64,000 bases of DNA from Caldilineaceae bacterium (GTDB lineage Bacteria > Chloroflexota > Anaerolineae > Caldilineales > Caldilineaceae): positions 3,142,399-3,206,398 of the forward strand of contig OZ252089.1 of assembly GCA_965248125.1 (NCBI GenBank). Direction: 5' to 3'. A program made the translations under genes and the position numbers. A model generated the notes under the pieces. That model was not told the DNA's origin and ran no database searches. It worked only from the letters and a program-made list of their open reading frames with translations. Of the stretch, positions 19,186-29,992 are shown piece after piece; within the stretch, counting starts at the first letter, position 1; every line of letters begins with the position of its first letter.

Positions 19186-19806
19186 GTGGTCATGTCCGCA
19201 AATCAAGCCCGTGATAACGAACCCGCAGTCTGTAAAGAAGAAGTAATTGCACTGCAGGCTGTCTACGGCACTCCAGTGCGTCGACACTTTGATATCGAGC
19301 TGGATGACTACATGTTGTCCTCCCGTGAGAACCGTAGCCATGACCGGCGGGCAGAGGTGCTTTTTGCCATCACCCGCCCAAGTGGCAAGGTGTTGTTGCA
19401 CACTAAGCCACAGTATCCCCAAGGCATTTATCGCCTGTTCACTGGCGGCATTGGCTTACAAGAGTCTGTACTAACGGCCTTGGAAAGGGAAGTTTGGGAA
19501 GAAACTGGCATGCACTGCGAAATCCAGAGCTTCCTAGGACTATGCACCTACGCTTTCACCAAGAACGACTTCCATATGGAATTCGCCACTTACCTCTTCC
19601 ACTTGAGTGCCTTGGCAGATGAACGCCCGCAGCCACAAGACGTGGATGAAATCGCCCAGATTGGAGAAATCGCACTTGACGGCCTGCCTTTAGTCGCGGC
19701 TCTTCTACGCGGGCTGAATGAAGAACGCAAAGTGTGGGGGGATTGGCGGGCTATCGGCCATGATATTGCCTTCCAGGCGCTGAGCCGGAGAATTGCTGTA
19801 TGTTAG
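19186..19806 (+). CDS. NUDIX hydrolase
   Basis: Nudix box GGIGLQESVLTALEREVWEETG. GTG start at 19186 or ATG at 19192. The stop overlaps the pheT start. Confidence 0.8.
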   Translation: MVMSANQARDNEPAVCKEEVIALQAVYGTPVRRHFDIELDDYMLSSRENRSHDRRAEVLFAITRPSGKVLLHTKPQYPQGIYRLFTGGIGLQESVLTALEREVWEETGMHCEIQSFLGLCTYAFTKNDFHMEFATYLFHLSALADERPQPQDVDEIAQIGEIALDGLPLVAALLRGLNEERKVWGDWRAIGHDIAFQALSRRIAVC

Positions 19807-22367
19807 TTCCTTTGTCTTGGCTACGGGAATACGTATCCTGGGAACGGTCACCGACTGAACTGGCCGAGACCCTCACTCTGGCCGGTCTTGAGGTTGTGGC
19901 CATTGAACAGATTGGTGACTGGTGGGATTCAGAGACCATCGTGGTCGGGCAAGTGGAAGGTGTCTACCCACATCCGCAGGCAGATCGACTGGTATTAGTG
20001 GATGTGGCTTACGGTGGCAATGCTCCAGAACGCGTAGTCACCGGAGCTCCCAACCTCTTTGAATTTCGCAATCAGGAAGATTTACCCAGGTTGAAGGTGG
20101 CTTTTGCCCGTGCCGGCGCACAACTAGTGGATGCCTACTCCGACGAACGGCCGCGCCCGCGCAAGAAACTTAAACCTACCAAGATTCGCGGCGTTCGCTC
20201 CACTGGCATGGTCTGTTCTGAATTGGAATTGGGACTTAGCGAGGAACACGAAGGCATTCTGTTATTGCCGGAAGATGCCCCGGTGGGAATGCCTCTGTGT
20301 GAATACCTGCGGGATGACATTCTGGAATTGGACCTCACGCCCGATGTGTGCCGCGGTTTGAGCATGTTGGGAGTGGCCCGAGAAGTTGCGGCTTTATCTG
20401 GACGCGGCCCTCTGCAACTGCCTTTACCGAATCTCGCTTCTCAGGCGGTAGACGAAACTCCTCATGCCTTAGTGGATCTGGTCATAGATGAGCCGAATCT
20501 CTGTCCCCGGTACGTGGCCGCTATTGTCGAGGAAGTAGAGGTAGGGGAATCTCCACCGTGGATGCAGCAACGACTCTCCCGAGCCGGTGTGCGCCCCATC
20601 AACAACATTGTGGACATTACCAACTATGTGATGTTGGAAACTGGGCAGCCCCTGCATGCCTTTGACTATGACCTATTGGTGGCTAGGGCGAAGACCGCGG
20701 GTAGGAACAAGCCCCTTATTCGGGTACGCCGTGCCCGGAGTGGTGAAACCATGACCACACTGGACGGTGTGCAGCGGACATTAGCCTCTGACATGCTGCT
20801 GATTACGGACACTAGTGGGCCTGTGGCAATCGCGGGAGTGATGGGTGGAGCCGAAACAGAAGTTACTGCCAGCACTCGTACAATCCTATTGGAATCCGCA
20901 ACTTTCGACGGCATCAACAATCGCGTCACGGCCCAGACTCTGCGTTTACACAGCGAAGCAAGTCACCGCTTCACTCGCAGCATTCCGCCAACCCTTAACC
21001 CCTTGGCGGCCGGCCGGGCAGTTGAGCTGATGGCGGAACTGGCCGGTGCCAATTACATTGCTCCCTTGGCAGATGTCTATCCCAAGATACAGGAGACACC
21101 CACGGTTTGCCTGACGGCTTCTGAGGTTCAAAGGCAATTGGGAATGACCCTCTCCCTGGACGAGATCGCGGCAGCTTTGCAACAGCTGGACATTGCCACG
21201 GAAACCATTTTGGACCCAACTTCCGAGCCGAATCGCTTCGTACAATATGGACTCTCGAGGGAAGGCAAGGAACCTGTGCTGGCTTGCCAACCCCCTTGGC
21301 ACCGCTTGGACTTGACAATACCTGCCGACCTGACCGAGGAAGTAGCACGCATAGTAGGGTACGACCAGGTGGGTTACACCTACATGCCGGAGGAGATTCC
21401 TCTGCACCTCCCCAGCCACGAACTGGGGACCGAAGAGAGAATCCGGGATATCTTGACTGGTTTAGGCCTACAGGAGACCATAGGTCATTCCTACTCTTCT
21501 CCTGAAAACCATTATCGGCTGATGCAGCATGTAGCCGACCGTGAAGCCACCCTTGAATTCGTGGGACTGGCCAACCCTTACAATCCCGAAAAGAGTGTGT
21601 TGCGGCGGGACTTGCTGGTCTCTGCTTTGGAAAACCTCACCTTGAATCTGCGGCATTCGCACCGGTTAGCCGCTTTTGAAATCGGCCTGGAATTCCGGCC
21701 CGATGCCGACTTGGCTCCATTTCCCCAGGAACAACGTACTTTGCAGCTGGTTATGACCGGACCTCGGTACCTACCCTATTTCGCCCAACCCGTCTCGGAT
21801 GAAACCTTCGATTATTTCGACCTCAAAGGAGTCCTAGAGACTATGTTCAGTCGCCTCAACCTGGACAATGTCAGCTATGAGGCCACCTTGGATGACAGAT
21901 ACGGTCCCTATTGCGCCCGCATGCTGCTGGGTGAACGGCCCATCGGTCTAATCGGGGAATTGCACCCCAGTATACGGGCGGCCTATCAGCTGCCTAGCCA
22001 AACCATCGCAATTGCCAATCTGGCCATTGACCCCTTGGTATCACCTTCCTGGGCCGTACGCCAGATTGATCCCATAAGTCCGTACCCGGCCGTAGTGGAA
22101 GATTTAGCTTTCCTAGTGGATATGGAGACAACAGCCCAGCAGGTATTGATGGCCATTAGAGAGGGCGGCGGCACAGCCTTGACTGAAACGAAACTGTTTG
22201 ATCTGTATCAAGGTCGCCCCCTGCCTGAAAATCAGAAGTCCCTGGCCTTCAAGGTGACCTACCAATCCCACACGCACAATCTAAACCCCAAGGATACCGA
22301 ACGCATCCGGCGCAAGATTGTGCAGGCTGTGGCCCAACAGACCGGCGGCGAGTTACGCTCCGCGTAA
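19800..22367 (+). CDS. pheT: Phenylalanine--tRNA ligase beta subunit
   Basis: 855 aa. N-terminus [12 protein letters not shown], tRNA-binding, B3/4 and B5 regions, and a C-terminal anticodon-binding-like domain. Length typical for the family. Confidence 0.95.
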   Translation: MLVPLSWLREYVSWERSPTELAETLTLAGLEVVAIEQIGDWWDSETIVVGQVEGVYPHPQADRLVLVDVAYGGNAPERVVTGAPNLFEFRNQEDLPRLKVAFARAGAQLVDAYSDERPRPRKKLKPTKIRGVRSTGMVCSELELGLSEEHEGILLLPEDAPVGMPLCEYLRDDILELDLTPDVCRGLSMLGVAREVAALSGRGPLQLPLPNLASQAVDETPHALVDLVIDEPNLCPRYVAAIVEEVEVGESPPWMQQRLSRAGVRPINNIVDITNYVMLETGQPLHAFDYDLLVARAKTAGRNKPLIRVRRARSGETMTTLDGVQRTLASDMLLITDTSGPVAIAGVMGGAETEVTASTRTILLESATFDGINNRVTAQTLRLHSEASHRFTRSIPPTLNPLAAGRAVELMAELAGANYIAPLADVYPKIQETPTVCLTASEVQRQLGMTLSLDEIAAALQQLDIATETILDPTSEPNRFVQYGLSREGKEPVLACQPPWHRLDLTIPADLTEEVARIVGYDQVGYTYMPEEIPLHLPSHELGTEERIRDILTGLGLQETIGHSYSSPENHYRLMQHVADREATLEFVGLANPYNPEKSVLRRDLLVSALENLTLNLRHSHRLAAFEIGLEFRPDADLAPFPQEQRTLQLVMTGPRYLPYFAQPVSDETFDYFDLKGVLETMFSRLNLDNVSYEATLDDRYGPYCARMLLGERPIGLIGELHPSIRAAYQLPSQTIAIANLAIDPLVSPSWAVRQIDPISPYPAVVEDLAFLVDMETTAQQVLMAIREGGGTALTETKLFDLYQGRPLPENQKSLAFKVTYQSHTHNLNPKDTERIRRKIVQAVAQQTGGELRSA

Positions 22368-23351
22368 GACGGGACCCACTTCCTGTTCCCGGCGGCGAGT
22401 TACCCGCTGCGACCATCGTTCCCATTCCAGCGGGGCGTCATCTCTGATTCGAACCCGATCCAAGTCCCCCACCACGATTGTGTTGGGGTAGTACTGGTGG
22501 GCCTCTGCCAGAATTTCCTTTACGCTGTAACGGCGGCCAATGTGATGCAGAACCAGGTGTTTCACTTTCGCTCTATGGGCCAACTTGGCAGCGGCTGCTA
22601 CCGTGATGTGTCCGAAATCCTCTGCAAGCTGCTTGTCTTGCTCCAGGTAAGTCCCTTCAATCACCAGTAGATCCGAACCGTGCGCGATTTTGTGCAGAGG
22701 ACCGGTGCGGCCTACGTCACTGACAAAACAGAGTTTGGCGCCGGAGATGGGTGCCCCCAATACCTCCGTCGGTTGGATTACTCTTCCTGAAGCCAAGGTG
22801 ATCGGATTGCCTCGCACCAGTTCGGCCCTTTCCGGTCCGAATGGCACTCCCAGGGCGTCTGCTTGCTCCTGCAGAAATCGGCGCCGGGCCCTTTCTTCAA
22901 ACAAGAAGCCAAAACAGGGGGTACGCCGATGTTCTACGGGAAATGCCTCGATGGTGACTTTCTTGTTCTCGAAGATCAGGCCAGCTTCCATGGGCACCAA
23001 AGTGATGTGACCATCTGATTCCCAGCGGGGATGAAAAACCACCCTCATCAAATCGCGAACGCGGCTCAAGGTATCCGGACTGCCCCAAATTTCCAGCGAT
23101 TCAATGGCTTCCCATCGACCGAAGGTACTGGTTAGCCCGCCTAGCCCCAGTATGTGATCCAGATGCCGATGGGTCAGCAGGATTTTGTCCATACGCCGAA
23201 ATCCAATGCCGCTCCGCAGAATCTGCCTTTGCGTGCCTTCTCCACAGTCAATCAGGAAGCGTTCGGCATCGAACATGACTACGGCACTGCTGAGGCTCCG
23301 GTTGGCGGTAGGTGCAGATGCAGAGGTGCCCAGAAACTGGATTTCAAACAT
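22353..23351 (-). CDS. rnz: Ribonuclease Z (MBL fold)
   Basis: [14 protein letters not shown] and the HxHxDH motif ([10 protein letters not shown]). About 30 aa C-terminal extension. The 3' end overlaps pheT by 15 nt. Confidence 0.85.
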   Translation of the reverse strand: MFEIQFLGTSASAPTANRSLSSAVVMFDAERFLIDCGEGTQRQILRSGIGFRRMDKILLTHRHLDHILGLGGLTSTFGRWEAIESLEIWGSPDTLSRVRDLMRVVFHPRWESDGHITLVPMEAGLIFENKKVTIEAFPVEHRRTPCFGFLFEERARRRFLQEQADALGVPFGPERAELVRGNPITLASGRVIQPTEVLGAPISGAKLCFVSDVGRTGPLHKIAHGSDLLVIEGTYLEQDKQLAEDFGHITVAAAAKLAHRAKVKHLVLHHIGRRYSVKEILAEAHQYYPNTIVVGDLDRVRIRDDAPLEWERWSQRVTRRREQEVGPVLRGA

Positions 23352-23373
23352 GATTGGATCGCTACGTGCCGGT

Positions 23374-23874
23374 TCAGGACTGCAGTAGGTGCAGATGCCA
23401 GGAATGGTCGGAGGTATCGAACAGCCCCCAGCTGGGAGAGCCCAATCGACCCATAACTTCTCCGGGATTCACCAGTTGACAGGCTCCTATCTGTTCCCAG
23501 TTCTGTAAATGGTTATGGCCGTAACAGACCAGGTCGTACCGCCCGGATTCGGCCAGAGGGCGGGCAATTTCGGGGTAATGATTCATGGCGATACGGACCG
23601 CGTCCACTTCTATTTCTGCCAGTTGCCCGTGCAAGGTGATTTGCGGGAACCTGGCAGCCTGCTGATACAACAGACCCTGATCACCGTCATTGTTGCCAAA
23701 TACGGCGTGGATGGGACCGTTAAAGGCCTCCCCTAGTTGGGGGATGATAAATGGGGCTACGAAGTCCCCGCAATGCAGCAACACCTCGGCCTGGGCAGAG
23801 CCCACTTGCTGCAACGCCTGCTCCAGATTCCAGATATTGTCGTGCGTATCGGAGAGAACGGCGATTCTGGTCAT
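23374..23874 (-). CDS. YfcE / MJ0936 family metallophosphoesterase
   Basis: Motifs [21 protein letters not shown] and GHNH. Start has GAGGGA 6 nt upstream. Confidence 0.85.
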   Translation of the reverse strand: MTRIAVLSDTHDNIWNLEQALQQVGSAQAEVLLHCGDFVAPFIIPQLGEAFNGPIHAVFGNNDGDQGLLYQQAARFPQITLHGQLAEIEVDAVRIAMNHYPEIARPLAESGRYDLVCYGHNHLQNWEQIGACQLVNPGEVMGRLGSPSWGLFDTSDHSWHLHLLQS

Positions 23875-23948
23875 GGGCGTCCCTCTGTACCATTCCTGAT
23901 GCAAACCCAGACCCAGGCGGGTCTGGCCGAACCTATAATAGTCGCACT

Positions 23949-24959
23949 ATGGGCGGTGGGTACCAAAGATTGCACGCGGGTCGCACCTGGCGGATGGGGT
24001 TCAGCCTGGGCCTTTGCAGCCTGACTCTGCTCCTTGGAGCCTGCCGCATAGAGGAGGAGCCCCAGGAACAGCCCATACCTGCCATCACTGCTGCTCCCAC
24101 GCTGGTGCCATCGAATGCGGTGGTACCTACATTCACTCCCACTGCTGTGATCAGAGTGGTAGAACATGCACTGCCGGGCACTGCGACACCCACCCCCACT
24201 CTGCAAACCTACATCGTGGTAAAAGGAGACACACTGATCAAAATCGGCGTGTCTCTGGGCGTAGATCCAAGTGAACTGCAGGCCGCCAACGAAATTGAAG
24301 ATCCTCGCACTCTACAGGTGGGTCAGAGCCTGGTAGTGCCACCATCCAGTGGTCCAGAACTCTCAGTAACTCCGCAGCCCCTGCTCCACCGCGCGCAGGG
24401 CCTGCAGGCCTATGTTGATGGTTTGGGAGTTCCGTGGATGCTCGGGGAAATCGTCAATCTTTCCTCGGAGGTGGTTGAGCAAGTGCGGGTACAAGTTCTG
24501 CTACTGGATGCGGAGAAGAATGTAGTAGCTCACAAACAAGGCCACAGCTACAGGTATCTGACGCCGCCGCAGGAGGCAAGTCCGTTTATGGTGGCTCTGG
24601 ACATGGCAGAAGGTAGCTGGGAAATCTGGCTGTTGGCCGTTACCAGTTCTCGGAAAGCCCATACCGGTCGGCTGTACACCGACCTAGAAGTGTTGGACCT
24701 CACCTTCGACCAGATATCGGATCATGTGGTGGACATCGAGGGTCAACTGCGTAACACGGGCACCGCCACAACCGAGGAAGCCGAAGTTGTGCTGGTTCTC
24801 TATAGCCATGCTGGAGGGGTGATTGGGGTCCGTATCGTGTCGGCAGAATTCCAGGTCTTGGATCCCGGAAGTATCGCTGATTTCGGTGACACCGTCTTCA
24901 CCATCGGCATTCCGGTTGCCCGCGTAGAGGCCGTGGGACAGGGCTTGCGGGCCGGGTAA
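23949..24959 (+). CDS. LysM domain lipoprotein-like protein with two repeated C-terminal modules
   Basis: Signal/lipobox-like LTLLLGAC. LysM unit YIVVKGDTLIKIGVSLGVDPSELQAANEIEDPRTLQVGQSLVVP. Start moved from 23751 because that extension overlaps the opposite-strand gene. Confidence 0.7.
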   Translation: MGGGYQRLHAGRTWRMGFSLGLCSLTLLLGACRIEEEPQEQPIPAITAAPTLVPSNAVVPTFTPTAVIRVVEHALPGTATPTPTLQTYIVVKGDTLIKIGVSLGVDPSELQAANEIEDPRTLQVGQSLVVPPSSGPELSVTPQPLLHRAQGLQAYVDGLGVPWMLGEIVNLSSEVVEQVRVQVLLLDAEKNVVAHKQGHSYRYLTPPQEASPFMVALDMAEGSWEIWLLAVTSSRKAHTGRLYTDLEVLDLTFDQISDHVVDIEGQLRNTGTATTEEAEVVLVLYSHAGGVIGVRIVSAEFQVLDPGSIADFGDTVFTIGIPVARVEAVGQGLRAG

Positions 24960-25748
24960 TTACTGCCGCAGATATTCCTGCAAGGCCTGCCTCAAGACTA
25001 AGCCAGCAAAGATCGGTAATTGGCTCATACGCGCCAGCCGGCGAGGTTGTAATAACAACCGGAAGAGCCACTCCAGACCAAGTTGTCGCATCCACCCTGG
25101 AGCACGGCGGACTTCTCCGGACAAAAAGTCCAGTGTGCCACCTACGCCCATAGCCACCATACCGGGTAATTCGGCTCGATGTTCCTCGATCCAGATATCC
25201 TGTTGAGGGTGACCAAACGCTACTAGCAATATGTGGGGCTGGAAAGCCTTCAATTCAGCTTTTGTTTCAGGCCAATCCTGAGCCGAGGGGGTACCTCCGT
25301 GCAAACCCCGCACTGCCAGGCCGGGGCACCGCTGGCGAAGTCGGGCCGCCGCCCGATCGGCAACGCCGGGACTAGCGCCTAACAGCAATAGGCGCCAACC
25401 CCGGACCGAGGCGGTTTGAGCGATGCGAGGCACCAAGTCGGCACCCGTAACTCTGGCCACCGAAATGCCGGCCGGCGGCAGGCGCAGAGCCCATGTCACG
25501 CCCACGCCATCTGGCACATTGAGGTCGCTGGCACAGAGGACCGACCTAAAGGCAGGTTGTCGCCGGGCCGCCATGATGAACTCCGGATTAACCGTGCAGA
25601 TGTGGCGCAACGGTGGCGAATGATCTTTTCTGGATTCGGGATTGAGCCAGTTTTCGATATATGCGATGACCTGGTCCTGAGTCGCCGGATGCACGGGAAC
25701 CCCCAGGACCATGCGGGCAGCCTGCGGCCGGGTCCCCACAGGCGTCAA
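24960..25748 (-). CDS. WecB/TagA/CpsF family glycosyltransferase
   Basis: Motifs PDGVGVTWAL, LLLLGASPGV, ILLVAFGHPQQDIW and GVGGTLDFLSGEVRRAP. TTG start overlaps the stop of the upstream GT4 gene. Alternative ATG at 25712. Confidence 0.85.
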   Translation of the reverse strand: MTPVGTRPQAARMVLGVPVHPATQDQVIAYIENWLNPESRKDHSPPLRHICTVNPEFIMAARRQPAFRSVLCASDLNVPDGVGVTWALRLPPAGISVARVTGADLVPRIAQTASVRGWRLLLLGASPGVADRAAARLRQRCPGLAVRGLHGGTPSAQDWPETKAELKAFQPHILLVAFGHPQQDIWIEEHRAELPGMVAMGVGGTLDFLSGEVRRAPGWMRQLGLEWLFRLLLQPRRLARMSQLPIFAGLVLRQALQEYLRQ

Positions 25749-26896
25749 TCCTTGCGTTCCATAGCCTTCTTTAAGACTTCCAATGTCTCCCGAGCTGCCT
25801 TAGGCCAGGAAAATCTCTTCACATTTTCATATCCCTTGCGAATGAGCTCTTGGCGCAGAGCCTCATCTTCGCTGAGGCGCAGCATGGCGGCGGCGATTTC
25901 TTCTTCGTCTTCGGGGTCCACCAACAAAGCCGCATCACCGGCCACTTCAGGGAGGGAGGAATGGCGAGAGGTCATGACAGGTACTCCAACAGACTGAGCT
26001 TCCAGCACGGGCAAACCGAATCCTTCGTGCAGGGAAGGATAGCAAAAGAATGTGGCCCCCGTGTACAGGGCTGCCGCCTCGTCTTCATCTACATAGCCCA
26101 GCAGGTGAATACGGTGGGCTGCCGCCGAATGACGGGCCGCAAGGGCAATAGGTTCACTCAGCCACCCCAGTTGACCGGCCAGCACCAAGTCCAGCTCAAA
26201 GTCCCGAGTCTGCACCAGATGAGCGAAACTGCGTATCAGGCGGATTACATTCTTGCGCGGTTGCAGAGTGCTGAGGAATAGCATGTAGGGGCCGGTTACT
26301 CCCAGGGAGTCGCGGCGGGCGATGCCTTGATCTGGCAGAGGAGTGGGGCGACGCACATCTCCTTCATAGACTACATCCAGTCGTGCTTCACTCGCGCCAT
26401 ACAACTGTATTAAGTCGCTACGCGTGGCTTGGCTGACACAGATCAGGCGTTCGGCCCTGCGTACGGCATACCGTGTGGACCACTTCAGATAAAGCCGTTG
26501 CAACCTCGTATGCGCTTCCGGAAAGTGTTCATAGCCTAAGTCGTGAACAGTCATTACACTTGGCGGTCTTGATCGCGGCCGCCAAGTGAATGGCAGCACA
26601 TGAGCTGGCACAAACAAGAGATCAGGAGACTGGCGCCGTAACTCTCGTGCCAACGCCCGGTGGGTCCACATACGAACCCGTGGTAGCACCCGCAACTTGG
26701 CATGGGGTACATGCAGCCACGCATATTGCTCCCCCTTGGGTTCCTGATCCATATAAAACACCCATTCGTATTCTGTTGCCTCTTGGAGGTCCAACAGTGC
26801 ACTTAAGATGTGACGCGCGTAATTTTCTGTACCAGTAGGCAAGGGTCGCAGACAGCGGGAAGCATCCACTCCAATTTGCTTTCGGGACATGGTCAA
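25745..26896 (-). CDS. Glycosyltransferase family 4 (GT-B fold)
   Basis: C-terminal motif FCYPSLHEGFGLPVLEAQSVGVPVMTS, typical of GT4. Confidence 0.85.
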   Translation of the reverse strand: MTMSRKQIGVDASRCLRPLPTGTENYARHILSALLDLQEATEYEWVFYMDQEPKGEQYAWLHVPHAKLRVLPRVRMWTHRALARELRRQSPDLLFVPAHVLPFTWRPRSRPPSVMTVHDLGYEHFPEAHTRLQRLYLKWSTRYAVRRAERLICVSQATRSDLIQLYGASEARLDVVYEGDVRRPTPLPDQGIARRDSLGVTGPYMLFLSTLQPRKNVIRLIRSFAHLVQTRDFELDLVLAGQLGWLSEPIALAARHSAAAHRIHLLGYVDEDEAAALYTGATFFCYPSLHEGFGLPVLEAQSVGVPVMTSRHSSLPEVAGDAALLVDPEDEEEIAAAMLRLSEDEALRQELIRKGYENVKRFSWPKAARETLEVLKKAMERKD

Positions 26897-26905
26897 CGGT
26901 CCGGT

Positions 26906-27529
26906 TCAGCCGGACAGAAACTCCTCAACTGCTGTCGCAAGCGATCCGGATCGGACCACCGTTACTTGCTGTTCCTCCACTTTGACGATGGTGCTGGGGC
27001 AATTCTCAGGAGATTGTCCGGCATCCACTATGAGCGGGATGCGGCCTTGCAACTGTTTGTACACCTCTGAGGCGAGCGAACAGTCCGGCCGCCCCGAAAG
27101 ATTAGCACTGGTTGTGGCCAGAGGGCCCATCTGGCCGGAGATTGCTTGAAAAATTGGATGCTCCACTACGCGCACCGCAATAGTTTCGCCACCCGCCAAC
27201 AGCCCTGGAGGCACCGTCGGACGTGCAGCCAAAATGAGGGTCAAAGGACCGGGCCAGAAACGGGCTGCAAGAGCCGCCGCCATCTCGGATTGAATTGGCA
27301 AAGCAACTAGTGCCAGTTGTTCCAGTTTCCCCAGCAGAATGGGAATGGCTTTGCCAGGGGGTCTGCCTTTGACTTTGTACAGGGCCTCCACGCCGGCGAT
27401 ACAGTCAAAGGGACAGGAAAGCCCGTAGACCGTGTCTGTAGGTATGGCAACGGGCTGATGAGCAGCAAAAGCGCGGCGCACTTGGTCCATATACTTGGCG
27501 TCGCTGATGGGCAACATTTGCGTCAGCAT
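26906..27529 (-). CDS. tsaC: L-threonylcarbamoyladenylate synthase (TsaC/YwlC/Sua5 family)
   Basis: Motifs PTDTVYGL and ATTSANLSGRP. Start chosen at MLTQMLP, which has an RBS-like TAGGGA. The ORF opens at 27583. Confidence 0.8.
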   Translation of the reverse strand: MLTQMLPISDAKYMDQVRRAFAAHQPVAIPTDTVYGLSCPFDCIAGVEALYKVKGRPPGKAIPILLGKLEQLALVALPIQSEMAAALAARFWPGPLTLILAARPTVPPGLLAGGETIAVRVVEHPIFQAISGQMGPLATTSANLSGRPDCSLASEVYKQLQGRIPLIVDAGQSPENCPSTIVKVEEQQVTVVRSGSLATAVEEFLSG

Positions 27530-27722
27530 CTTTGAGATCCCTAATGGGAAATGGTTGATGCAATAATAGCAAGCGAGGGGCAACTGCGGACAAATCGCCG
27601 TAGACGATGAGGGCTAAAGTATCAACCTGAAAACAAGATTCGTTGGCCTATAATGGGGCTTGGAGCCACCAATTTTCCCTCTCAGTTGATAAACAGCCAA
27701 TTCTTCGCCTGAACCTAGGCAC

Positions 27723-28544
27723 ATGTTACAGAAGCACTCTCGTTTGGCAGTATTGGTGTTATCGGGTTCTCTAATGGGGGGCGGCGTTCTGCTGATTCTC
27801 ATGAACCTGAATTGGCTGGAATTCGCTTCTCCTCAAATTGAATATGCACTTTCGGGAGTGCTGTTAGTCGGAGGAATCGCCTTTGCTTGGTTCTATGTTG
27901 CGAACCGCTCCCTATGGTGGCAGCTCATTCCTTCTTTCACATGCCTGTCCTTGGCCGCAATGTTATATATGACTACGTTGACCAGTTTCAACCCGAGGCT
28001 CAGTGCGGCCGTCCTGCTCTGGGGTATGGCTCTTAGCTTTCTACTGGTTTACATTACAGATCCCCGTGACCGCTGGTGGGGTGCGGTGATGGCTGGGCTG
28101 ATGTTCGTGCTAGGTTTGACCACTTTTCTCAGCAGCTCCCTCATGTCCATTGAATTGCTGGGCAGTATCCTCTTTGGCGGATTAGGGTTAGTTTTCCTTT
28201 ACCTCTTCCTGCAGGGGAACAAGAGCCACTTTTGGTGGGCACCTATCCCAGGCTTCATCATGTTGCTCTATGGTCTGTTTGCCTTCATGAACACTCGTTC
28301 CGAAGCCTGGTTGGCAGACTGGAAGATCTGGTGGCCAGGGATTCTGGTATTACTGGGAATCTTCGTAATCGTTAGCGCTTACCTTTTTCCCCGAATGTTC
28401 CGTTTTTCACCACTCGGAACCGGGGCTGATATGCAAGAAGAAGATGGCACGGCGCCCATGCGCAGCACTACCGATGTGCTCCTGGAGACTGAAGGCCAGG
28501 TTCCCGGCTCCACAGCCATCGTGTTGCATGAATTACAACGCTAG
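27723..28544 (+). CDS. Hypothetical polytopic membrane protein
   Basis: 273 aa with about 7 hydrophobic segments. No motif I recognise. Confidence 0.6.
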   Translation: MLQKHSRLAVLVLSGSLMGGGVLLILMNLNWLEFASPQIEYALSGVLLVGGIAFAWFYVANRSLWWQLIPSFTCLSLAAMLYMTTLTSFNPRLSAAVLLWGMALSFLLVYITDPRDRWWGAVMAGLMFVLGLTTFLSSSLMSIELLGSILFGGLGLVFLYLFLQGNKSHFWWAPIPGFIMLLYGLFAFMNTRSEAWLADWKIWWPGILVLLGIFVIVSAYLFPRMFRFSPLGTGADMQEEDGTAPMRSTTDVLLETEGQVPGSTAIVLHELQR

Positions 28545-28558
28545 TCCCTCATCCGCAC

Positions 28559-29359
28559 ATGTCTGAATACACTGTCTCGCTGGCCCAAATGGATCTCCGT
28601 TTCGGCGATCCGGAATACAACTTCAACCTAGCTGATCAGCTCATGCAAGTTGCGGTGGAACGGAAATCGGAACTGGTGGTCTTTCCCGAGCTGTGGCATT
28701 CAGCCTATGCTTTGAAGGAAGCCAAGCGCTTTGCCTGTACCGTAACCGCTGGTCCCGCCCCAGGGAGTTCCTTTGGCCGCTTTGCGGAATTAGCCCAAAC
28801 TCATGGGACGGCCGTTGCCGGATCCCTATTGGAAGCAGACGGGGACCACATTTACAACACCATGGTCCTCTATAACGCCCAGGGGCAGCTGCAGTCTCGC
28901 TATCGTAAGGTGCATCTGGTACCCATGCTGGACGAACCTCTGTATTTGCAGCCCGGGAACTCTCTACAGCAAGTGCAGGTGGGGGCTTATCAGGCCGGTC
29001 TGGCTGTCTGTTATGACTTGCGCTTTCCTGAAATGTTCCGCCACTATGCGTTGGCAGGCTGCCATTCCATTCTGCTCTCGGCCGAGTGGCCCCATCCGCG
29101 CGGGGAGCACTGGCGCACGCTGCTGCGGACCCGGGCTATAGAAAATCAATGTTTTGTTTTCGCCTGCAACCGCGTAGGAACCAGTGATGGGATCTCTTTT
29201 TGTGGTAACAGCGCCATAATTGACCCTTGGGGCAACACCTTGGTGGACGGCCAGGAAACCGAAGGGCTTTTCACCGCCACGTGCGACATGGCTATGGTGG
29301 CCGAGACGAGGACGAACATTCCGGTCCTACAAGGTCGACGACCGGACATCTACGGCTAA
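28559..29359 (+). CDS. Carbon-nitrogen hydrolase (nitrilase superfamily)
   Basis: Context of the E-K-C catalytic triad: VVFPELW, YRKVHL, AVCYDLRFPE. Confidence 0.85.
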   Translation: MSEYTVSLAQMDLRFGDPEYNFNLADQLMQVAVERKSELVVFPELWHSAYALKEAKRFACTVTAGPAPGSSFGRFAELAQTHGTAVAGSLLEADGDHIYNTMVLYNAQGQLQSRYRKVHLVPMLDEPLYLQPGNSLQQVQVGAYQAGLAVCYDLRFPEMFRHYALAGCHSILLSAEWPHPRGEHWRTLLRTRAIENQCFVFACNRVGTSDGISFCGNSAIIDPWGNTLVDGQETEGLFTATCDMAMVAETRTNIPVLQGRRPDIYG

Positions 29360-29370
29360 GCTATAAGTGA

Positions 29371-29853
29371 TCAAGTCGCGGGCTTATCGTCGCGCGATTT
29401 GCACACCAGATCCCAGCTGCCCCGCTGGCAGACTTTGTCTTCCTGGTTGAGGACTTCAACGTTGAACGTCACGACGCCACCCGACAGGCGTTTCATAAGT
29501 TTCATTTCCTGCACAGTGAGCCGGGTGCGAATAGTGTCACCGATAAAGACAGGCCGCCGAAATTGCCACTCCAGACCCAAGAATGCCACAACGGTGTCAT
29601 CCAGGAATCCCAGGCGCACCATCTGACCGGAGCTGATGCTCAATACCAGGAGACCGTGAACCACTCGTTGACCATACATTTGTGTCGCGGCGTATTCTGC
29701 ATCCGTATGAATCAGGTTCCAATCTCCAGACAAGGCCGCGAAACTGACTACGTCGGTTTCTGTAACTGTGCGACCCCAACTCTCTACCGTAGCCCCCACT
29801 TCGAAATCCTCGAAGAAAAGGGATATTTGACGACTGAGAGGGTTTGCATTCAT
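29371..29853 (-). CDS. MaoC-like (R)-specific enoyl-CoA hydratase, hotdog fold
   Basis: Hydratase motif ALSGDWNLIHTD. 160 aa. Confidence 0.85.
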   Translation of the reverse strand: MNANPLSRQISLFFEDFEVGATVESWGRTVTETDVVSFAALSGDWNLIHTDAEYAATQMYGQRVVHGLLVLSISSGQMVRLGFLDDTVVAFLGLEWQFRRPVFIGDTIRTRLTVQEMKLMKRLSGGVVTFNVEVLNQEDKVCQRGSWDLVCKSRDDKPAT

Positions 29854-29992
29854 AAGGAAATTCTTATGGGCGACACAACTTGGCAGGCCGCCTGCCTGAC
29901 CAGCCTATTGTATACTCAGGCCCGCGAGGAGGGGTTTCTCTCAGGCGAGTTCGAGTCCTCCCAATGTACAGGTGACAGGAGAGCTCTGGTAC

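Noticed and set aside
18032-19806. DUF4062-like, VOC and NUDIX genes as an NAD/ADP-ribose-signalling defence module
   Set aside because: The NUDIX gene overlaps the essential pheT gene and appears translationally coupled to it. The three genes are separated by ordinary gaps. No sensor, effector NTPase or nuclease partner is present, so the evidence supports only a single orphan domain protein.
23751-23948. N-terminal 66-codon extension of the LysM lipoprotein ORF
   Set aside because: It overlaps the opposite-strand metallophosphoesterase gene and is Pro/Arg-rich. The signal peptide and lipobox begin after the ATG at 23949.
25416-25997. 193 aa plus-strand ORF, and likewise 54735..55445 (236 aa)
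   Set aside because: Both are antisense to well-supported genes (TagA/GT4 and the Opp ATPases). Their Arg/Ser/Pro-rich composition is typical of shadow frames in DNA of this GC content.
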